From NCBI GenBank assembly GCA_020354945.1, contig CP070655.1:179831-191341 (forward strand): a DNA stretch of 11,511 nucleotides, written 5' to 3'. The stretch is from Candidatus Omnitrophota bacterium (GTDB lineage Bacteria; Omnitrophota; Gorgyraeia; JABMRG01; JAFGKX01). The notes beneath the pieces were generated by a model that was not told the DNA's origin, did no database searches, and was given only the letters and a program-made list of their open reading frames with translations. Made by a program: the position numbers and the translations under genes. Positions 1-8,034 of the stretch are shown piece after piece. Position 1 is the first letter of the stretch; every line of letters starts with the position of its first letter.

Positions 1-432
1 ATAATCAATATCATTATCGAATGCGTCTATACGATATTCGTCTGGATTGTTGTGATTATAGACTTTAGTAACTGTATTTATTACTATTGCCTCTACATCG
101 CTTATGCATTTAAATCCGTGATAAACATTGGCTGGAATCTGTACCAGCAGAGGATTATCTAAACTTATTTCAAATTCATCTATCTGTTTATGGGTCTGAG
201 AGCTTTCTCTGGCATCATAAAGAGCAAGGCGTATCTTTCCAAAAACGCAGGCAAAATTATCTTGTTGCAATCGATGGAAATGCCACGCTTTTACAATCCC
301 AGGTTTAGCAACGGTCATATACACCTGGCCAAATTCCGTAAATATTTCGTCATCGCGACGTAATATCTCCATAAGCCGACCTCTTTCATCCGGAATAACC
401 TTAAGCTTTTTTACCTTCACACCGTCTATCAT
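1..432 (-). CDS. dTDP-4-dehydrorhamnose 3,5-epimerase (RmlC/RfbC-like cupin) family protein, 3' end runs off the window
   Basis: Absent from the ORF track. Manual translation from ATG at 432 gives MIDGVKVKKLKVIPDERGRLMEILRRDD...GIVKAWHFHRLQQDNF...IPANVYHGFKC, open to position 1. DERG, AWHxH and IPxxVxHGF are RmlC-like cupin motifs. An AAGGTG SD-like sequence lies upstream. Confidence 0.88.
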   Translation of the reverse strand, partial: MIDGVKVKKLKVIPDERGRLMEILRRDDEIFTEFGQVYMTVAKPGIVKAWHFHRLQQDNFACVFGKIRLALYDARESSQTHKQIDEFEISLDNPLLVQIPANVYHGFKCISDVEAIVINTVTKVYNHNNPDEYRIDAFDNDIDY

Positions 433-478
433 ATAACACCTTCTTCATAGGATTTTGCATATTTGCCAAAAAGCGAAG

Positions 479-515
479 AGTGTTATGAGTGATGCATCAG
501 AGATTTTTTGCCAAA
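479..515. repeat. Partial copy of the left arm of the 4114-4276 palindromic element
   Basis: agtgttatgagtgatgcatcagagattttttgccaaa matches 4121-4157 at 32 of 37 positions without gaps (counted by hand). Confidence 0.85.
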
Positions 516-524
516 AACGCCTTA

Positions 525-562
525 AGCGAAGGGTGTTGTTGAGCGAGACAATACCCTTCGCT
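525..562. repeat. Short palindrome with TGAGCGAG loop abutting the ugd stop codon, related to the termini of the 4114-4276 element
   Basis: agcgaagggtgttgt-tgagcgag-acaatacccttcgct forms a 15-bp stem with one G.T pair on the + strand. There is no U-tract on the minus strand. Confidence 0.85.
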
Positions 563-1856
563 ACCTTCTTCCCATGCAAATATAGCGAAATCCTAACTTC
601 CTCATATCATCAGGCTCGAACATATTCCTGCCATCAATAACAATTGGTTGGTTAAGCAAATCTCTTATCCTTTTCAGATTAAGTTTCCTGAACTCATCCC
701 ATTCGGTAATAATAACTAAACAGTCGCTTCCTTTTGCAACGCTATATGGATCCTTGCAAAATTCTATCCCTTTAAGCGCATCTTTTGCCTTCTCCATTGC
801 CTTTGGATCATACGCCTTAATACGGCTGCCTTCTTTTTGCAACATTTTTATTATGTCAAGGGAAGGAGCCAGCCTGATATCATCCGTATTTGGTTTAAAT
901 GCTATGCCTAATATCCCGATAGTTTTATTATTAAGGTTCCAAAGCGCTGACTTTATCTTATTTACAAAAGCTATTTTTTGCTGTTGATTTACCTTTGCGA
1001 CGGCCTTTAATATTTCAGGATTATAACCATGATTTTCCGCTATATGTATAAAGGCGGCTAAATCTTTTGGAAAACAGAAACCGCCGTATCCGACTCCGGC
1101 ATTTAAAAATCCTTTGCCTATTCTTTTATCCAGGCCCATTCCCTCCGCCACTTTTTTTATATCAGCTCCGCATAAATCGCATATTCTGGAGATAGTATTT
1201 ATAAATGATATTTTCATAGAAAGGAATGAGTTCGATGCGTGCTTTATTATCTCCGCACTTTTTATATCCGTTACTAGTATTGGCGTTTTTAAAGGTTTGT
1301 ATAATTTTTTCAACAAATCCTCAGCCTTCTTGGTCTGAACTCCGATGACAATTCTATCAGGATGCATAAAACTCTCAATTGCCGAACCTTCTTTTAAAAA
1401 TTCCGGATTAGATGCTATGTCAAATTTTATTCTTTGCTCTTTAAATCCATTCAGTGTATATTCCACCCATCTGCCGGTCTCAACGGGCACTGTGGATTTT
1501 TCAACAATAAGCTTATAAGATTTCATGTGCCTGGCTATTTCTGCGGAGACGCTCTCTACTGCTGATAAATCTGCCGCGCCTTTTTTCTTTGACGGCGTGC
1601 CGACTGCGATAAATATAATCCTGGCAAACCTAACGACGTCTTTAATGCTGGTTGAAAAAAACAGCCTTTTTTTCTTTATATTTTTCTTAACAAGGGTAGA
1701 TAGTCCGGGTTCGTATATGGGAATTTTACCATTGAGCAAAGCCATTATCTTTTTTTTATTGTTATCAATACATATTACCTTATTGCCTAACTCGGCAAAA
1801 CAAGCGCTTGTAACTAAACCAACATGACCTGCTCCTATAACTGCAATTTTCTCCAT
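561..1856 (-). CDS. ugd: UDP-glucose 6-dehydrogenase (UDP-glucose/GDP-mannose dehydrogenase family)
   Basis: N-terminal GAGHVG Rossmann motif, AVGTP, EKSTVP, SNPEFLKEG, catalytic GYGGFCFPKD, AFKPNTDDIR and DGRN. AAGGGAG SD upstream. Confidence 0.93.
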   Translation of the reverse strand: MEKIAVIGAGHVGLVTSACFAELGNKVICIDNNKKKIMALLNGKIPIYEPGLSTLVKKNIKKKRLFFSTSIKDVVRFARIIFIAVGTPSKKKGAADLSAVESVSAEIARHMKSYKLIVEKSTVPVETGRWVEYTLNGFKEQRIKFDIASNPEFLKEGSAIESFMHPDRIVIGVQTKKAEDLLKKLYKPLKTPILVTDIKSAEIIKHASNSFLSMKISFINTISRICDLCGADIKKVAEGMGLDKRIGKGFLNAGVGYGGFCFPKDLAAFIHIAENHGYNPEILKAVAKVNQQQKIAFVNKIKSALWNLNNKTIGILGIAFKPNTDDIRLAPSLDIIKMLQKEGSRIKAYDPKAMEKAKDALKGIEFCKDPYSVAKGSDCLVIITEWDEFRKLNLKRIRDLLNQPIVIDGRNMFEPDDMRKLGFRYICMGRR

Positions 1857-1877
1857 AGAGTTTCTCCCTTTAATTGT

Positions 1878-4274
1878 TTAATAAGTCTGAAGCCCTCTCC
1901 CTCTTTTCGGTTCATGATAATTCCTGCCGAATTCAAACGGCATATTAGGAAATGCCTTTAATCTAAAAATCACCAATATCTCTTCACCCTTTTCTCTGAA
2001 TACATTGTAATGCACATCTACTTCCCAGCAGTGCAAATCCCGGGTTATAACATATCTTTGCTCTTTTAGGTCATAGGCCTTTTTCTCGCCTTGCCTTAAT
2101 CTTTTTATATCAAAATCTTCAAATGCCTTTATTTTCCATTTAGAATTTATGTTCCACTCAAGCTGGCCGATTATATTATTTGTCTCATCAAAAGTATAGC
2201 CGTGTGATATCCCGAGCCTAAGATAATCTTCAACAGATACTACAAAATCTGTACCTATTTCTTTCAACCACTCATGGCGATATCGTTTATGTGAATCTAT
2301 TGTTGCATCAGATGTAATAGTCAGCCAATTGTAGGGTAGTAGTTCCAACGCTACCTTATAATCCGAAAATTTCCTCCCAGCGGCCTGTCGGGTGAAATCA
2401 TAGCTTGTATCAATGCCGAGTCTGGCAAAATCAATGGTTTCTTTATCCTTGCCCCGCTTGGTCTGCAATTTATTCTCCAGTGTAAAACTCATCGAGTTGC
2501 CTCTGCCTCCGCCGAGAAATCCGTATATGTCACTACCATACCGTGTAGAAGGAGGCCTATAATTATAACTTATGCTGGGGGTTATGATATGTCTTAAATT
2601 GTTTATTTCCATTCCAAGCGGGGAGGCTTCAGTATAAAATACCTTATAGAATTTAGTACTTACATCAACCCCTGTGTAAAATATCCCGTCGATATGGGAT
2701 TCGCTGCCAAAATTACGGCCATCCCTGCCCCTATCATAGTATGTTTGCCTGGTAGCAGTATAAGGGGTGACATTAAGAAAAGATAATTTGCTAGCATACG
2801 ATAACCTGTTATATGTATCATAACGGTTATTGTGATGGATAGGGATGTTGCTAACGGGGTTTTCGTCTGTGCTTCGTGGATATTTTGCATTTAGATTAAC
2901 TGCGCTAAACTCACCAGAATAATAAAGTGCGCCTCTCTTTATTATATCCGGAATATCTGTATCCATTTCATCATAATAGCTCCTATCTATTCTACTATTA
3001 TTAATAGTTAGTTTAACTTCAGGAAGCTTTTCGTCTATGGTTTCAAACCTATTTGCTCTTTTTTCAGTAAAAACACTCAGGTTATAAAATGGTTGCGATT
3101 TAGTAACTAATAAATATGACCTGGGACTAGGGTCCTTTGCGTATTCATCATTATAACTATTATCATAATAATCCTTTCTAAAATCTTTGTCTCTATATTT
3201 ATATAATTCAGCCACAGCAGTAGTGTCTTTAAACATTTGCCATTTGTGTCTCCATTGCACAATAAATTTCTCCTCTTCCTGCGTAGGTTTTCCTTTGTCT
3301 CGAGAGGTGTAAATATGCTTTCTCTGTAAGTCTCTCTCATGCATATAATAGGTCTTTAATATCCCTTTGCCTATTATATTAGTGTCGTAAACATGGTCAA
3401 AGCCATAGCCAAAATCTTTCCTTTCCCTGTAATCCATATGCACATAACCTTTATGATTTGGGTCTAAATTATAGCGCCAGGCGGTTAAAGTAAACATCCC
3501 CCACTCATCATTCTTACCTGGTATAATTGTAACATGGGGGCGGTCATCGTCTAATGGGTGGGCATAAACCGGTATCCATAATACCGGAACCGGGCCGACC
3601 CAGACAGTCGCATCTCTTATGACTACTTTTACATCCGGATATATTAACACCTTTCTGCCCGATATTCTATAATGAGGGGGCCTATTTTCCTTTTCTAAAT
3701 CGCAGGACGTAATATAACCGTGGTGAACGATAAATTCGTCCGGCCCTGTTCTTTCCGCAGATTTGCCCCTGCTATACCATGGTTCTGTATAGCCGGTAAA
3801 ATTAACTACAGTGCCTGTCTCTTTTTCAAGATTATATGTCATTGTTTCGCCTGTAAAAAAGTCATTCCCTTGAACTATTCTGACATTTCCCTCGGCTTTT
3901 GCATCTTTGGTATCGGCCCATACAGTGACCTTATCACAGGTGAGAGTGGTGTCCTTATATGTTATAACGATGTTGCCTGTACCTACCACCTTTTTCTCCT
4001 TTTCAAAATACTCAATTTCATCTCCATTGCACACAATGGGCTCATCTATCTCCTCTGCCAAACTAACTGCTGCAGAAATAAGTAATACGCTAATTAAAAG
4101 AACGCCTGTTAAAAAATGAAAGTGTTGTGAGCGAGGCATCAGAAATTTTTTGGCAAATGTCCTTTTAGGGCTTATGGTGAGCAGCGGCAGGCTCTTGCCT
4201 ATTGCGTGCAAGCTGCGAGCCACTAAGTCCAAAAGGACGGCAAAAAATTTCAGCCGAGCGAATAATACTTTCAT
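1878..4274 (-). CDS. lptD: LPS-assembly protein LptD (OstA-like N-terminal domain plus outer-membrane beta-barrel); start uncertain, 4274 or ATG at 4139
   Basis: Signal-peptide-like segment FLTGVLLISVLLISAAVSLA/EE, then an OstA/LptA-like region (GDEIEY...GNIVITY...AEGNV), then ITSCD..PPHY and PVLWIP motifs typical of LptD, then alternating aromatic beta-strands and a C-terminal DLHCW. Confidence 0.82.
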   Translation of the reverse strand: MKVLFARLKFFAVLLDLVARSLHAIGKSLPLLTISPKRTFAKKFLMPRSQHFHFLTGVLLISVLLISAAVSLAEEIDEPIVCNGDEIEYFEKEKKVVGTGNIVITYKDTTLTCDKVTVWADTKDAKAEGNVRIVQGNDFFTGETMTYNLEKETGTVVNFTGYTEPWYSRGKSAERTGPDEFIVHHGYITSCDLEKENRPPHYRISGRKVLIYPDVKVVIRDATVWVGPVPVLWIPVYAHPLDDDRPHVTIIPGKNDEWGMFTLTAWRYNLDPNHKGYVHMDYRERKDFGYGFDHVYDTNIIGKGILKTYYMHERDLQRKHIYTSRDKGKPTQEEEKFIVQWRHKWQMFKDTTAVAELYKYRDKDFRKDYYDNSYNDEYAKDPSPRSYLLVTKSQPFYNLSVFTEKRANRFETIDEKLPEVKLTINNSRIDRSYYDEMDTDIPDIIKRGALYYSGEFSAVNLNAKYPRSTDENPVSNIPIHHNNRYDTYNRLSYASKLSFLNVTPYTATRQTYYDRGRDGRNFGSESHIDGIFYTGVDVSTKFYKVFYTEASPLGMEINNLRHIITPSISYNYRPPSTRYGSDIYGFLGGGRGNSMSFTLENKLQTKRGKDKETIDFARLGIDTSYDFTRQAAGRKFSDYKVALELLPYNWLTITSDATIDSHKRYRHEWLKEIGTDFVVSVEDYLRLGISHGYTFDETNNIIGQLEWNINSKWKIKAFEDFDIKRLRQGEKKAYDLKEQRYVITRDLHCWEVDVHYNVFREKGEEILVIFRLKAFPNMPFEFGRNYHEPKRGRGLQTY

Positions 4275-4276
4275 TT
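4114..4276. repeat. 163-bp imperfect palindromic element (REP/MITE-like) overlapping the ROK stop codon and the 5' end of lptD
   Basis: Left arm aaatgaaagtgttgt-gagcga-ggc..gaaattttttg..gtcctttt.gggctta.tgg.ga-gcagc pairs with right arm gctgc-ga.cca.taagtcc-aaaaggac..caaaaaatttc.gcc-gagcga-ataatactttcattt. Confidence 0.9.
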
Positions 4277-5239
4277 ATTCTCTATCACAAGTGAAGCTGC
4301 ACCAGTAATCCCTGCCTCATCAACGAAATTAGCTCGCATTACCTTTAACGCCTTAAGATGCTGGTTCATCGTCCGCCTGACGAGCTCTTTTTTCAACGGA
4401 GTGAAAATAAACTTTCCTGCTTTTGATATACCGCCGCCAATAATTATCCTCTCCGGATTAAGGACATTTACTAAACCGCTTAAACCGATGCCTAAATAAG
4501 TGCCTGTTTCCTTCCAAATTTCTATAGAGAACTTATCACCATTTTTTGCTGCTTTTGTGAGCAACTCAGGTGTTATCTTCTGCAATTTTCCACCTACCAT
4601 ATCTACCAAAGATGTCTTTCTCCCCTCTTTGATTTGTTTTATAACTCTATTTATAATATATTTATTTCCAACAAACGCTTCCATACAACCTTTGCTGCCG
4701 CAGCCGCATCCTGGTCCGTTTATGTCTATGCATATATGGCCTATCTCTCCTGCAGAATAATTGCTTCCGCGATAAACTCCTCCCTCTATTATAAGGCCGC
4801 CTCCAATTCCCGAGCCAAGAGTAACGCATATAGCATTTTTAGCGCCACGGCAAGCGCCCCATTTAAGCTGGCCGCAGGCAAAGGCGTTCGCATCATTGTC
4901 TATAAATACGGGGGTCTTAAAAAATTTGCGTAATATCTTTTTTAAAGGAACTTCCTTCCAGCCTTTTATATTCGTTAAATTATGCACAATGCCTTTACTG
5001 TAATCTACGGTGCCGGGAATCCCGATACCTATACCGGATAAATTACCCTTAGCTCTTCTATTATTTTTTATAACCTGGCCTATCTCCTCAATTAGTCTTT
5101 TAATAAAAGCCTTCTTCGAAACGAACTTTTTAGTAAGAAAAGAGGTTTTGGAAACAATTTTACCGCCTTTTTCCACCAGGCCTACTTTAACTAAAGTTGC
5201 GCCAATATCAACGCCTAAAACATGCTTTTTATTTTGCAT
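4271..5239 (-). CDS. ROK family sugar kinase (glucokinase-like)
   Basis: GVDIGAT phosphate-binding motif, GIGIPG, DNDANA, TLGSGIGGG, AGEIGH and the zinc motif CGCGSKGCME. No N-terminal HTH, so kinase rather than repressor. ATG at 5239 preferred over GTG at 5245. Confidence 0.9.
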   Translation of the reverse strand: MQNKKHVLGVDIGATLVKVGLVEKGGKIVSKTSFLTKKFVSKKAFIKRLIEEIGQVIKNNRRAKGNLSGIGIGIPGTVDYSKGIVHNLTNIKGWKEVPLKKILRKFFKTPVFIDNDANAFACGQLKWGACRGAKNAICVTLGSGIGGGLIIEGGVYRGSNYSAGEIGHICIDINGPGCGCGSKGCMEAFVGNKYIINRVIKQIKEGRKTSLVDMVGGKLQKITPELLTKAAKNGDKFSIEIWKETGTYLGIGLSGLVNVLNPERIIIGGGISKAGKFIFTPLKKELVRRTMNQHLKALKVMRANFVDEAGITGAASLVIENK

Positions 5240-6581
5240 ATACACACACTCTATTTTTGCCGGCTCCTTTTGCCTTATATATCATCCTGTCTGCTTTTTC
5301 TATTAAATTAGACCAAGTTTTAGCATCCTCCGGATAACTAGCCACTCCTATGCTAACCGTTGCCTCAAGGTTTTCCACGCTTTCCCTGAGCCTGCTTGCA
5401 ACAAGCTCTGCGCCTTTTGTATCTGTGTCAGGAAAAATTATGCAAAATTCTTCGCCTCCGTATCTGGCTATAATGTCTATCTCACGAATCCCGCCCTTTA
5501 GCACAGAGGCTATCTTTTTTAATAACAGGTCTCCTTTCAAGTGTCCGTATCTATCATTATAATTTTTAAAGTTGTCTATGTCTATCATGAGCAAAGAAAC
5601 TCTACTGTTAAAGCGGTCTGCTCTATTTAATTCTTCATTCAAGCGCTCAAGCATATGCCTCCTGACAAATACGCCTGTTAACCCGTCGGTAATGGCCAAC
5701 TCCTGAACCAATTCATACAATCTTATGCGCTCCAATGCCATAGAAAACTGGTTGGCTACCACTGTAAATCTATCTCTTTGCTCAAGGTCTATATCCTCTG
5801 CCGCTAAAATTGCATTGGTTTTTTCTCCGGATATTATAGGCGCCGCTATAAAGGTATTTAATTCTTCCGGAGGCATAAACTCTTCGGCATCAATTTTGCC
5901 TTTTTTAATATCTATTTGAAGCAGCTGTTTCTTGCGTAGCATAAATTTAAGCAACCCTTCTCCATATCCTATCCCCTCAATCTGCTCCATCTTAGTTTTG
6001 GTTATTTGATAAATCTTATCAATCTTCACTGTTTCGTCTGAATGGTAGAGAATAATAAGTTCGCATCTTTTAAATTTGAATGATTCTGTTATAGTATCGC
6101 GCAAGATGTTTAAAAGGTTATCAAAGGCAAAGCAAGAACCCATCCTTTTTACCGAATAGTAAAGGTTGCTCATCTCAGACGCCTTATTTTCTAGATAAGC
6201 CCTGGAATCATTTACCTGAGCGGTTGTTGAGCTCGATTTTGCAAATTTTTCCTTTAATAACCCAATGTTATCCTGCTTATAATTTTTTAATTTATCAAAA
6301 ATTCTATACATTCCGATTGATAATAAGGCACTGCCGATAAACAGGGAGATACTCTGGGCTACTTCAGCTGCCGATGCGCCTCCATGCATCAATGTCAAAC
6401 CCAGAACACAGCAAAATGATGTTAGCAATAATGTGCTAAATGCCTTGAAAAAATAGCCGCTGATAACAATAGGGATAATGCAAAGGTTAAAAACAAAATA
6501 ATAATCCTTTATCTGAGTGGCTATTAGTAATGATATCGTATATATGAAACTGACAGATACTAGTAATATCAACTGGTGCAT
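5229..6581 (-). CDS. Membrane-anchored GAF-GGDEF diguanylate cyclase with RxxD I-site
   Basis: About 95 hydrophobic N-terminal residues, a GAF-like middle region (FIAAPII...ANQFSMALE), AITDGLTG, MIDIDNFKNYNDRYGH and REIDIIARYGGEEF. Confidence 0.9.
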   Translation of the reverse strand: MHQLILLVSVSFIYTISLLIATQIKDYYFVFNLCIIPIVISGYFFKAFSTLLLTSFCCVLGLTLMHGGASAAEVAQSISLFIGSALLSIGMYRIFDKLKNYKQDNIGLLKEKFAKSSSTTAQVNDSRAYLENKASEMSNLYYSVKRMGSCFAFDNLLNILRDTITESFKFKRCELIILYHSDETVKIDKIYQITKTKMEQIEGIGYGEGLLKFMLRKKQLLQIDIKKGKIDAEEFMPPEELNTFIAAPIISGEKTNAILAAEDIDLEQRDRFTVVANQFSMALERIRLYELVQELAITDGLTGVFVRRHMLERLNEELNRADRFNSRVSLLMIDIDNFKNYNDRYGHLKGDLLLKKIASVLKGGIREIDIIARYGGEEFCIIFPDTDTKGAELVASRLRESVENLEATVSIGVASYPEDAKTWSNLIEKADRMIYKAKGAGKNRVCVYAK

Positions 6582-7999
6582 ACTTTATTACGCCCTTCCT
6601 TTTTTGCTTTATAGAGGGAGAAATCCATCTTTTTAAACAAATCTTCTTCATTAGATGCGTCGTCCGGAAATGATGCCACGCCGGCTGAAACTGTTATTTT
6701 TGTCTCCTGCCGCCTTAAAATAAAAGGAGTGAATTCTATGTCTTTTCTTATATTCTCAGCTATTGATTTAGCTTTTTCCTTTCCTTCCCCCGGAAGCAAA
6801 ACCACAAATTCCTCTCCGCCGTAACGGGCCAGGATGTCTGTTTCTGTTGTATTTTCCCGCATAATATCAGTTATACCCTTTAGCACTTTATCGCCCGCAG
6901 CGTGTCCGTATTTATCGTTATAATCCTTAAAATGGTCTATATCTAACATAAGAATAGAAAGTTTAGATTCCTCTTCCTTGCATAGATTAAATTCTTCGGT
7001 TAATTTCTCTTTGAAATAGCGATGCACATATAATCCGGTAAGGCTGTCGGTTATGGCCAATTCCCCAGTTTTAATATAAAGGCGGGCATTATTAATCGCT
7101 GCGCTGGCTAAATCTGATATAAAATCTAACAACCTTAAATCGTCTGCTGCATAGGCGCCCTTTTCTTTACTGCCAAGGCGCAAGATTCCTATAATTCTGT
7201 GTTGAATAATTAAAGGAACTATTATCAGGGAATTAAATTGAGGTTTTTCTTTATTCTGCTTGTAATCGAATCTGAAATCGCAAGTTATATCGGATATTTG
7301 TAAAGGTTGCCTTTTATTAAAGACCCATTTATCAAAAATATCACTCTTTTTGGAAGGAGAGGCTGTTATTTGTTTCGATTTGCAAGAGTAGAGTACTAAA
7401 TCCCGGGCATCTTCGGTTACCAGGAACAACTTTGCTTCATCTGTCTTTCCGATTATCTCATAAGCCTTATCTATTGTAAGCTCATAAATTTCGTCTAAAG
7501 AAAGTTTGGCATTAAAGGCCTCGCCAAGGTCTTTAAGCTTATTGTATCTATCTAATTTAAAATAAAGCGCTTCTGTAAGTTCGGCATCCTTTTCTAAGCG
7601 GTCATCTAAAAGATTCTTCTCTTCCTGTATTCTGCTTATCTTCTGGTCTTCTTCTAATAAAAGAGCGTTGCTTTTTTTATAAAATAAATAGGACGGTATG
7701 GCTATGCCTATCATTATAATTATTTGAAAATTATATATCAATGAATTTAAGCTCAAAGATACTAACATAATCAATGGGGCAGAAAGAATGAAAAAGACAA
7801 GCCCCCATACTGAGCCCACGCCCTGCCAGATTAGAATAAAACCTAAAGTCAACAAAATAAAACCATAAGGAGTAACATTTCTTAACGAAGCCGAGCCGGC
7901 GGCTATCTTTGAAAAGCCAAAAACAAATAAAGATGCGGCAATTGCAAAGGCTGCAATAGATATAAATGCACAGATTATTCTATATCTTTGGGGATACAT
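6569..7999 (-). CDS. Membrane-anchored GAF-GGDEF diguanylate cyclase lacking the RxxD I-site
   Basis: About 105 hydrophobic N-terminal residues, a coiled-coil-like linker, a GAF domain (SLIIVPLI..IIGILRL...DDLRLL...AINNARLY), AITDSLTG, MLDIDHFKDYNDKYGH and TETDILARYGGEEF. Confidence 0.92.
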   Translation of the reverse strand: MYPQRYRIICAFISIAAFAIAASLFVFGFSKIAAGSASLRNVTPYGFILLTLGFILIWQGVGSVWGLVFFILSAPLIMLVSLSLNSLIYNFQIIIMIGIAIPSYLFYKKSNALLLEEDQKISRIQEEKNLLDDRLEKDAELTEALYFKLDRYNKLKDLGEAFNAKLSLDEIYELTIDKAYEIIGKTDEAKLFLVTEDARDLVLYSCKSKQITASPSKKSDIFDKWVFNKRQPLQISDITCDFRFDYKQNKEKPQFNSLIIVPLIIQHRIIGILRLGSKEKGAYAADDLRLLDFISDLASAAINNARLYIKTGELAITDSLTGLYVHRYFKEKLTEEFNLCKEEESKLSILMLDIDHFKDYNDKYGHAAGDKVLKGITDIMRENTTETDILARYGGEEFVVLLPGEGKEKAKSIAENIRKDIEFTPFILRRQETKITVSAGVASFPDDASNEEDLFKKMDFSLYKAKKEGRNKVCTS

Positions 8000-8003
8000 G
8001 GAA

Positions 8004-8028
8004 AATTAGTTCGCTCCGTTCACTAATT
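8004..8028. repeat. Small palindrome with GA-rich centre (minus strand AATTAGT-GAACGGAGCGA-ACTAATT)
   Basis: Perfect 7-bp arms aattagt/actaatt fill most of the 35-bp intergenic gap, and the centre contains GAGCGA. Confidence 0.6.
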
Positions 8029-8034
8029 GTGGAT

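Noticed and set aside
433-562. Possible CRISPR array suggested by degenerate direct repeats
   Set aside because: Only two divergent copies, no repeat-spacer periodicity and no cas genes.
525-562. Hairpin after ugd as an intrinsic terminator
   Set aside because: No U-tract on the minus strand and the wobble pair favours the + strand, so it is better explained as a repeat-family member.
455-640. 61-aa + strand ORF
   Set aside because: TTG start, overlaps ugd antisense and runs through the palindromic repeats, with no protein-like features.
2660-3340. Two short minus-strand ORFs inside lptD
   Set aside because: Out-of-frame ORFs nested in an uninterrupted lptD frame, with no sign of frameshift or independent function.
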